A DNA stretch of 24,085 bases, from the IMG/VR virus record IMGVR_UViG_3300020045_000377, positions 1-24,085 of that record, one strand, 5' to 3'. Below the pieces are notes generated by a model. It searched no databases. It saw only the letters and a program-made list of their open reading frames with translations, and was not told where the DNA came from. The position numbers and the translations under genes were made by a program. Positions 17,801-24,085 of the stretch are shown here, piece after piece; within the stretch, counting starts at the first letter, position 1, and the number at the start of each line of letters is the position of its first letter. The stretch comes from a virus (lineage: Duplodnaviria > Caudoviricetes).

Positions 17801-19917
17801 ATGCACTTAACGGTGAACGATATGAAGTTAGGGCTGATGATCGTGCTCTTCGTACCGGATCGGATGATTGGTTTGATGTTAACTCAGCTAAAGGTCGTAT
17901 TGCTCAAAGACATCGTGGGAAGCTTCTAGAAGATGGGTCAGGTATGAATCATCTTGGTGATGGCTCTTACATTGTTGATCCTGTATCTTCTGCTATTCAT
18001 GCAGCTAAGAGTATTGCAGGGCGTACAGTTAATCGTCCTATGCTTGAAACAGCTAAGGCTAGGTTTGTAAGTCAATATGGTGATTTCTTAACAGCTAAGG
18101 AAGGTATTAAACATTTTCCAGCATCTGTTGACGAGATTGGTGCTAAGGGTATGCAATTTACCAAAGCTGTAGCAGATGCTCGTACTACCTTTGAGTTTAT
18201 TCGTTACTTAGAGAATGGATATATTAACAGTGTTGACAACTTCTTTAAAGCAATGATGCACACTTTTTCAGGGGCTGTAGGTTCCTTAGGTGCTAAGCAT
18301 AATATTAAAGGAGCTGCTGCTGTTGAACGAGGTGCTGAATACCTCTCTTCTATCAATCCAATGGGATTAGGTAAGAACGGTGTATTCCACGCATACATTG
18401 GAACTAACTTCCTTCGTCAGCTAATCGTACAACCACATCAAGTTGTTCGTACTTGGTTCTATAATCCTGTAGGGGCTCTTAGTGGATCAACTACTAAATA
18501 TAGTATGGAGTATGTTGCTGGCTTGTTGGATATTGGAAGAAAAACTGATTTCTTTAAATTTGTAGATGAAAGTGGTGTAGCTTCAGCCATTGATAAGCAG
18601 AACTTGGTACGAGGAAGTCTTACAGACGCTGCTGACAATAGTAACAAAGTTGTTAAAGCAGTAGGTAAAGCCCTTAACGTACCTCGTAGGATTGGCTTTG
18701 ATACGGGTGAACATGCTAATATGGTTGGTCATATGGCTTCTGTTTACGACAGGTATAAAAGAGCTGGCAAGGATTTGTCTAATAAGGTTGTACGAGAAGA
18801 GGCCCATGCAGAAGCCCGTGCTTTAAGTTATGACATGAACTTTGCTGGTGACATGCCTTATAACCAAAACTTCGCTGGACTGGTTATGCAGTTTATGCAA
18901 GTTCCACATAAGGCACTTCTTCAGCTAACAAACAATAGGATTCCTTTTAAACAACGTATGCAGCTTCTTGCTGGAGACTTAGTGTTCTGGGGACCACCTA
19001 CGTTACTGGTTAGTGAACTTCTTGGTGGAGATATTCTACCTGAAGACAAGGAAACACGAGAAGCTATTGTCTATGGCATGGAGAGTTTGATTCTTAATCA
19101 GATGTTTCGTAACATGTCAAGGGATGAAGACACTAACATTGACTTTACTTCGTTGGCTCCTTATGATATGACAGGTTGGGGAGAGATGTTTAAAGCTGTT
19201 CTTGAAGAAGGGACGCTTGGTATTATCTCTAATAGTCCAGCAGGTCAGTTATATGCCCCAGACGGGAAAGTATCTAAGTTTGTTCAAAGCACTCTTCGTT
19301 TCTTTGGTATGCAGGAAGATATTGAAGAAACTCCTGAGCAATTCCAAAGCGTTGTTACAGAGCTTCTGAGTATCTCTTCTGGATTCTCTAACGGGATGAA
19401 GTCCTATTTGGCTCTTAAGACAGGTGAACGATATGATAAGTACGGTCAAGAAATTGATACATCCACTAATCGTGCAGAGGCTGTTCTAGAGGCTTTTGGG
19501 TTTACTGATGCTACACGTAGGGATTTGTTCCTTGCTTCTCGTAAAGCTCGTAAAAACATTAAAGAGCATACGGACGAAGTTACTAATGATGTTAAGTTTA
19601 TCTTAGATCACGTAACTAAGAGGCTAGAGGGTGGTAATGTAGATGAGCGTACAATTGAAACATTGAAACGTACTACAGCGTATGCACTGTCTAAGTATAA
19701 ACTTGATCCAGAAGCACAAGCTATTTTCCAGAAACAGCTTACTCTGCGAATGCGTAACCCTAATGATGGTCTGTTGTATTCTGTTATGAAAGCAAGTGGA
19801 CTTCCTACAGGAGATAGTATTAAAGACTCTATTCGTTTATCTTCAGCAACTGAGGAGCAGAAGCAACAGCTCATTCAGCGAATTGAAGATATTGAAAAAC
19901 TAAGACAAGGTGAATAA
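14803..19917 (+). CDS. Large internal virion / ejection protein
   Basis: 1704 aa, largely helical, in the ejection module; no catalytic domain recognised. Confidence 0.75.
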   Translation: MNELENLMGAETAPLDLSELVSKPDYSLQLPLAAVRNRASTLSLFSNDSTEAVDKFQLMMSEGMSGSFDYTNHQESQLSEKISAEDRATYLKMLGDPSVGFEQKQQIIQAMKLGPVKTDPTSGLANELLVQPSKGESPENENARVSMADAIGEIYKANQTIQGLVNSHAASLDSSTPGAVLDMAELWVAPFGNSMAVSTLSGELEQNASLWKRVKSFFLPGTEIANVRKGLENLPPQERVAFAQSIINTISGNPDFVFAGKNQFAEYEKAVQIFSEGGYSSTEEFIDNTSVLLDVIGLGASVRGFTKGSKGAVAASKTSTGTSVPPAGKTAPTTSEGVVAEAAQEVVSPIDFKYTIREKTAEEVVSDVSGYNAKSVSKLEAERATLMEDLGKALEPGDVRNLETERKAIKLRRITDTNALAKDIQSSLKITSKEAKKRAVKQAEEANADVEASLQRIDNQLEGNKLAAKANQKIADIDKDLEVLRKQITVPSRLTPIADIIKRLEVNGVVRIEHPVSPHATAKQVNPEKARELFETIVKSDSDEISQALTGVKREQAIVNDVYPQAVTETGRVVAQPTDIQRNLRIKDMIPEKIKDYIWSTGRVDITDAERVAARAHVVRKFEDAEGITLEPSMSSFTEDGGRIKIGAMYGLPEGAFANGVDAINQAKAALRHMNLTDNELVLMKREGRDYVPVSIEEGNTPGSYYVKVETSHEIDPTDITNFDKFGVRFNFFDRISQSISGTAGSLQRHIMDAASMLDKRLTGAASTATDRGSKLEQYLLEEASKYSDKYSRLDNVEKGAVDKYILEANKNEWALDVVDLAARGFNNKQIDALVSWREFWDGHYYLENLDLVRTLRVQKYQKLDTPNASVFARPVAKNMSNNFVYDPETDMVLSLTKQGMDDLYDNGGTVAKLRRPSEFNGETVEYIAVKNNANSYLKEIRDHDMALNYREGYYNIQYSAPRFVDEISVDKSGKEIRRAIAVAGDTPEAQRFASRMSTNALNGERYEVRADDRALRTGSDDWFDVNSAKGRIAQRHRGKLLEDGSGMNHLGDGSYIVDPVSSAIHAAKSIAGRTVNRPMLETAKARFVSQYGDFLTAKEGIKHFPASVDEIGAKGMQFTKAVADARTTFEFIRYLENGYINSVDNFFKAMMHTFSGAVGSLGAKHNIKGAAAVERGAEYLSSINPMGLGKNGVFHAYIGTNFLRQLIVQPHQVVRTWFYNPVGALSGSTTKYSMEYVAGLLDIGRKTDFFKFVDESGVASAIDKQNLVRGSLTDAADNSNKVVKAVGKALNVPRRIGFDTGEHANMVGHMASVYDRYKRAGKDLSNKVVREEAHAEARALSYDMNFAGDMPYNQNFAGLVMQFMQVPHKALLQLTNNRIPFKQRMQLLAGDLVFWGPPTLLVSELLGGDILPEDKETREAIVYGMESLILNQMFRNMSRDEDTNIDFTSLAPYDMTGWGEMFKAVLEEGTLGIISNSPAGQLYAPDGKVSKFVQSTLRFFGMQEDIEETPEQFQSVVTELLSISSGFSNGMKSYLALKTGERYDKYGQEIDTSTNRAEAVLEAFGFTDATRRDLFLASRKARKNIKEHTDEVTNDVKFILDHVTKRLEGGNVDERTIETLKRTTAYALSKYKLDPEAQAIFQKQLTLRMRNPNDGLLYSVMKASGLPTGDSIKDSIRLSSATEEQKQQLIQRIEDIEKLRQGE

Positions 19918-21775
19918 ATTGGCAGAGTTTGGAATTAAAGCAACGGAGCTATCATCCCCACAAGGGGCAGGTAGCTCTCCTGTCTCTCCTGTTCAGGTAG
20001 ATGATACAGGCTGGATGAAGACAGTAGGGGAAGGACTAAATATCTTTGCCAAAGGACTAGGTATTAAAGAGAAAGAAGAAGCTGGAAAGCAAGAATCTAA
20101 TATCATTAATTCCTACTCTCGTAAACTTTCTGAGATTAATAGCGCTCTTTCTACAGGGCAGATTACAGCAGCAGAAGCTGGTATGCGAAGCCGAGCTATT
20201 AGTAACGAGTATATGGGAGGTTATGGTGAACTGGCTGAAAAACTTAGCAAAGTTTCTAAAGCTTTTGCAGGTGCTACTGAGCTTGGTACTGCCGAAAAAG
20301 AAATAGAGACAGCAGCTACTCTCTATAACAAAGCTCTTACTGACACTCAGAGTGCAGGTTACCCTATTTACGATTGGATGACTAAAACTCAAAAAGATTC
20401 AGCTATTAGGGCTTATCAGACAGGTGTACAAGCTGATAAAGAGTTTACTCGTTTAACAGCTAAGACGGCTGAAGACAGGGCTTCTGGTAAGTATAATCAA
20501 GACGTGTCGGATCGTGAAAAGAAAGATTTCTCTATTCGTCTAATTGGTGACATTGTTGGAACTAACTTTGAAGCTTCTTACGACCAAGTGAATAGCTTGT
20601 CTGCTGGTATCTCTTCTGGTAAAATTACTCCAGAGGAAGCTCAGATGGAGTGGGCTAGGAAGATGGGACGCATCAACTCTCAGATTCAGCTAGTGTCTGG
20701 AACTAATCCAGAACTTGCAGCTCCTTATCGTTCCCTCTTTGCTACTCTCGAATCTCTTGGTAAGGATATGCTTGATCCTACTAAAGCTAGTGATAAACTT
20801 AAATCTGAAATTGATTTGTTACAAAATCAAGCTAAGCTTCTTATCCTTCAACAGCCAGGGGCAGCTAATGTAATTGCAGCTTCTCAACTGTTTGGTCAGA
20901 ATGCTCAAGTTGCTCTTGGAAGCTCTCCCACAGTTGCTAAAGTTATTACTAACATTATTAGCACACCTGTAGAGAGTCCTTCAGCTAAAGAGCAAGTGAT
21001 TGGTAATCCTGAAGTTCAGAAAGATACGTTCAAGTTCTTAAGTAAGTCTCTTAAGGATTTGAATGCTGGTAAGTTTAAGGATAATGTAAAGGCTAACGAA
21101 GAAGCAACTAATGGAGTTAATAACATTCTCCAACAAGTTGGAGACTCTCTTGGACGAAGAGGTGTCACAGCCACTTATCTTAAAGACTCTGCTTCGTTCT
21201 TCGCTTCTCCTGAGTTTGGTCAATATGTAACTACAGCTAAGATCGATAATGAAGCTCTTGCTGGAGCTACTAAGACATTCCAAGTACAGTATCAGAACGA
21301 AGTAATTACAGGTGTTGATAAAGAGGTTCAACGTGTATTTACTACGATTGATAAGTTTGGTTCTAAGTCAGCTCTTGATCTTGCTGCTGAAGCTAAAGCT
21401 AAGGGTGGACCTATTAAAGAAACTTCTGTACAAAAACAGACAGAAGTAGAGTTTGACGTATCTAAGGTGGTACCTACGTTTACAGGAGCAGGTGTTGCTT
21501 TCTCCTACGTAAACCCTTCGAGCAATCCAGCTACAGCTCGTCAAGAACGAGAGATTCTAAATCAACTTAAGATGTCTCAGACAGCCCTTACACAACTTGT
21601 ACACATTGGCGCACACATGGAAGGAACAACTAATTATTCTAAATTCTGGGAAGAAAATAAACACGTTATCCTTCCTCGTTTCTTCTCTAAGTACGAAGGT
21701 TTGGAGATTGGTCAAGTGGTTGATGGTAAGCGTTATGTTGGTGGTGATGCTAATGATCCTAGCAACTGGAAATAA
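19910..21775 (+). CDS. Internal virion / ejection protein
   Basis: About 620 aa, helical and Ala/Lys-rich; the start may be TTG at 19919 (AAGGTG-AATAAA-TTG). Ends in GQVVDGKRYVGGDANDPSNWK. Confidence 0.75.
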   Translation: MNKLAEFGIKATELSSPQGAGSSPVSPVQVDDTGWMKTVGEGLNIFAKGLGIKEKEEAGKQESNIINSYSRKLSEINSALSTGQITAAEAGMRSRAISNEYMGGYGELAEKLSKVSKAFAGATELGTAEKEIETAATLYNKALTDTQSAGYPIYDWMTKTQKDSAIRAYQTGVQADKEFTRLTAKTAEDRASGKYNQDVSDREKKDFSIRLIGDIVGTNFEASYDQVNSLSAGISSGKITPEEAQMEWARKMGRINSQIQLVSGTNPELAAPYRSLFATLESLGKDMLDPTKASDKLKSEIDLLQNQAKLLILQQPGAANVIAASQLFGQNAQVALGSSPTVAKVITNIISTPVESPSAKEQVIGNPEVQKDTFKFLSKSLKDLNAGKFKDNVKANEEATNGVNNILQQVGDSLGRRGVTATYLKDSASFFASPEFGQYVTTAKIDNEALAGATKTFQVQYQNEVITGVDKEVQRVFTTIDKFGSKSALDLAAEAKAKGGPIKETSVQKQTEVEFDVSKVVPTFTGAGVAFSYVNPSSNPATARQEREILNQLKMSQTALTQLVHIGAHMEGTTNYSKFWEENKHVILPRFFSKYEGLEIGQVVDGKRYVGGDANDPSNWK

Positions 21776-21776
21776 T

Positions 21777-22163
21777 ATGGCAGAACAGGAAGTTAAGACA
21801 GAGATGCCTTGGGAGAAGAGCTGGATCATGAAGAAGGTCCAGCCTCTTGTTGATGCTGTAGCAGATGCTAAGAAGGGGACAATTCCCTGGGAAAGACAAT
21901 GGAGCGAAAAGGAAGTGAAAGCTAAAGCTGTGAACCCTGCTACACAAACAGCAGGAAAGAGCTACAAGCTTGATAAAGACTTACCAAGCCTCCTAGGTAA
22001 CACTCCTGAAGAAAATCGAATGGGTGCCCGTATAGAGCCTACTAGCGTTAAGTCTAGGCGTGTAGAGCAAGACATCTTATCAATTAAAGCTGAGATGGCT
22101 AAAACTAAAGACCCTAATATTCTTTCAGTGTTGCAAAACGAACTAAAGAAAAGGACAAGGTGA
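21777..22163 (+). CDS. Hypothetical protein with repeated PWExxW motif
   Basis: Probable start is the ATG at 21777 (MAEQEVK), 1 nt after the upstream stop; the ORF-track extension to 21597 overlaps the upstream gene. Contains MPWEKSW and IPWERQW. Confidence 0.7.
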   Translation: MAEQEVKTEMPWEKSWIMKKVQPLVDAVADAKKGTIPWERQWSEKEVKAKAVNPATQTAGKSYKLDKDLPSLLGNTPEENRMGARIEPTSVKSRRVEQDILSIKAEMAKTKDPNILSVLQNELKKRTR

Positions 22164-22166
22164 GAT

Positions 22167-22439
22167 ATGCCAAAGAAAGGGCAATATTCTAAATCAGCTA
22201 CAGAAGATTCAATTCGTCAACGAAAGTATAACTCTAAGCCCTCTAGTAAGAAGGACAGAGCCTCTCGTAATGCTGCTCGTAGCGAGGCTATGAAGGATGG
22301 TAAGGTACGAAAGCATGATGGTCGTGACATTGATCACAAAGACTCTAACCCACGTAATAATAAAAAAAGTAACACCCAAGTGATGTCTGCTAGTAAGAAC
22401 AGAGCACTTAATCAATTTGACAAAAGGAAAAAGAAATAA
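22167..22439 (+). CDS. Small basic HNH endonuclease-like protein
   Basis: DIDHKDSNPRNNKKSNTQVMSASKNR matches the beta-beta-alpha HNH/HNN pattern; very K/R-rich; RBS AAGGTGAG. Confidence 0.75.
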   Translation: MPKKGQYSKSATEDSIRQRKYNSKPSSKKDRASRNAARSEAMKDGKVRKHDGRDIDHKDSNPRNNKKSNTQVMSASKNRALNQFDKRKKK

Positions 22440-23959
22440 TGGCAATTGAACCTAAAGGCCCAGGTGGTGTAGGCAGTTCTTATGGAACCCGTACAACCAC
22501 CCCAGCTCCTCAGATTGGCTCTGCTAACGAGCTGCGCCCTAATTACACAGAGTTCTCTCAAGAAGAAGGATTTCCTGTAGTTGCACAAACTAACCCTCTC
22601 ACCGGGGAGATTGGCTTTTTTATAGGTTCAATCGCTGCCGGAACCGTTGGGGAGTTGCCAGGCAAGTCTCGCATGTCCATTGCAGTCATTGGCGACAGTC
22701 GTGCAGCAAATCATGTGGCCGGAACATCGCAGTTTTCTGGTCGCGGGGCTGTCGCATGGGCATCTCTGAAGCTAAACGGAAAGCTTCGATTCTCAACGGC
22801 AGATGTTTACGGGGTGTCAACGACCTATATTTATGACAATAGATCCGGCCTGTTGTCAGCATACAACCAGCTCGCAACGCTCACAAAGCAATACGATTTC
22901 ATAGCCGCAATTTGCGCGGTGAATGACGTATTTAATGGCGCGTCATCAGGCAAGATGATTGCCGACATGACAGCGGTTATCTATGCGATTTTTCAGAAGG
23001 GATCAACCCCGATCCTGTTTACCGAAGTCGTCACAACCGGCATGTCGGCGGCACAGCGAACGGTTGTTGATCGATACAACTCCTGGCTGCGAAGTTGCGT
23101 GGTCGGCAAGAGGATTTTGCTGATTGACGCATATGCGATTTGTGTGGATTGGACTTCTGCGACTTGTCAGCCGCTCGGCTCTGGAGCAGCGCAGTACCTT
23201 TATGATGGTCTGCACTTTGCGCCAGTGGCGGCTGAAAAGATCGGGAATTCACTGGTGGCAACACTTGATAAATGGATGCCCGCGCAGGCCATGATCTCAA
23301 TGGCGTCGAGAGAGGATGCGTATGATGCAACAAACCGCCCCTATGGCAATTTGCTTGGAATTCAAGGTGCATTTGGCGCATCTGGTGGCGCAAACCGGGA
23401 CGGGGCGAATGATGTAACAACTGCTTCGACTGGTACAGTAGCCCTAGGATCGCGGCTGTACAAAACGCCCGGCGCTTTGATTTCTGTTGTCGGCGCTGTT
23501 GGAACGAGCATTGCCGATATTCAAGGCAATGCAATCGCGCTGCCGGTGCAAAACATCAAGATCACAGCGGGTGGCACGGGTTATCAAACGTGTCAGTTCC
23601 AGCTTCCCGGCATATCAACAAACATTGCGCCGGGGGATGTTGTTTGTATGTCTGGCTGGATCAATATCAAAGGTGCAACCGGATTACAAGCTTTCTCCCC
23701 GTACGTTCAGGAACAGAACGGGTCCTATGTGGTGCAGCAAACGACATCGGTCATGTCTGGCTTTCAGAATTCCAGCGTCTATTACCCGCCGGTTCAGGAT
23801 GTCAAGGCTTTTTATTTTGAGTCCCCGCCGATGACTCTTACTGCTGCTGCGGTGTATCTGCGTGCAATGCTTGACATTCAAGTCGATGGCGCAACAGCTA
23901 ATGTCGAAATTGAGATCGCAAACGTATCAGTGCACAAGGTGGACCCACTGCAACTGTAA
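22439..23959 (+). CDS. SGNH/GDSL hydrolase-domain tail-associated protein (putative O-acetyl esterase / receptor-binding protein)
   Basis: Block I IAVIGDS, block III ICAVND, block V YDGLHF; C-terminal beta-sandwich (carbohydrate-binding-like); short low-complexity N-terminal ~55 aa. Confidence 0.8.
   Translation: MAIEPKGPGGVGSSYGTRTTTPAPQIGSANELRPNYTEFSQEEGFPVVAQTNPLTGEIGFFIGSIAAGTVGELPGKSRMSIAVIGDSRAANHVAGTSQFSGRGAVAWASLKLNGKLRFSTADVYGVSTTYIYDNRSGLLSAYNQLATLTKQYDFIAAICAVNDVFNGASSGKMIADMTAVIYAIFQKGSTPILFTEVVTTGMSAAQRTVVDRYNSWLRSCVVGKRILLIDAYAICVDWTSATCQPLGSGAAQYLYDGLHFAPVAAEKIGNSLVATLDKWMPAQAMISMASREDAYDATNRPYGNLLGIQGAFGASGGANRDGANDVTTASTGTVALGSRLYKTPGALISVVGAVGTSIADIQGNAIALPVQNIKITAGGTGYQTCQFQLPGISTNIAPGDVVCMSGWINIKGATGLQAFSPYVQEQNGSYVVQQTTSVMSGFQNSSVYYPPVQDVKAFYFESPPMTLTAAAVYLRAMLDIQVDGATANVEIEIANVSVHKVDPLQL
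22592..22612 (+). other. Left 21-bp site of putative domain cassette (AACCCTCTCACCGGGGAGATT)
   Basis: 14/21 identical to 23965-23985 in direct orientation; AAYC-N13-GATT dyad; encodes NPLTGEI in frame. Confidence 0.5.
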
Positions 23960-23964
23960 TTTCA

Positions 23965-23985
23965 AATCCCCTCAGCACGATGATT
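23965..23985 (+). other. Right 21-bp site of putative domain cassette (AATCCCCTCAGCACGATGATT)
   Basis: 5 nt after the SGNH gene stop; shares the CTCA core and AAYC/GATT ends with 22592-22612. Confidence 0.5.
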
Positions 23986-23992
23986 ATAAACC

Positions 23993-24016
23993 AACCCGTC
24001 TGTTTCAAGGTGGGTT
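23993..24016 (+). other. Intergenic hairpin (possible terminator or processing site)
   Basis: AACCCGTCT-GTTTCA-AGGTGGGTT, a 9-bp stem with two G-U pairs; no long U-tract. Confidence 0.4.
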
Positions 24017-24033
24017 AACTCTTAAGGAATTAG

Positions 24034-24085
24034 ATGGCAAGTTCTAAACTAACTCGTCAACGTCAAGTTGTTGAACCTATTCGTG
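24034..24085 (+). CDS. Start of next gene, truncated by the window end (MASSKLTRQRQVVEPIR...)
   Basis: RBS TAAGGA then ATG at 24034, open to the window end, phage-type codons. Confidence 0.7.
   Translation, partial: MASSKLTRQRQVVEPIR

Noticed and set aside
17920-18081. EDGSGMNHL and KARFVSQYG in the 1704-aa protein resemble T7-type RNA polymerase motifs A and B (virion RNAP idea)
   Set aside because: Motif A lacks the correct D-x-S-C-S-G spacing, K-to-YG spacing is 6 rather than 7, and no HDS motif C or DxDGD motif was found.
21597-21776. Hydrophobic N-terminal extension of the 188-aa ORF (spanin- or membrane-like appearance)
   Set aside because: It is an out-of-frame overlap with the end of the upstream gene; the ATG at 21777 directly follows the upstream stop, and there is no lipobox.
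22439-23959. Diversity-generating retroelement or invertible shufflon acting on the SGNH gene
   Set aside because: No reverse transcriptase, no TR/VR pair and no alternative inverted C-terminal segments are in the window. The flanking sites also match 14/22 in inverted orientation because of their dyad symmetry, but only the direct alignment keeps the CTCA core.

Overview
This window is the late (lysis, packaging and morphogenesis) region of a lytic short-tailed phage, with all credible genes on the + strand. Gene order: non-coding leader with repeats (1-363), holin-like gene, M15-family L-Ala-D-Glu endolysin, second membrane protein, beta-helix tailspike, TerS, TerL, portal, small ORF, scaffold, major capsid, minor capsid/decoration protein, terminator, structural protein, tail adaptor, nozzle, GNAT-like protein, three internal/ejection proteins, small ORF, HNH-like ORF, SGNH-esterase tail protein, and a truncated ORF. 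Synteny and motifs suggest a Zobellviridae-like (VpV262/ICP2/PA11/SIO1-type) podovirus; this is an inference with no database search. The most interesting signal is at the SGNH gene. Its esterase and C-terminal part has foreign codon usage and is bracketed by two related 21-bp quasi-palindromic direct-repeat sites sharing a CTCA core (22592-22612 and 23965-23985). This looks like an in-frame, site-specifically exchanged receptor-binding cassette. No tRNA, rRNA, CRISPR, integrase or recombinase gene was seen.
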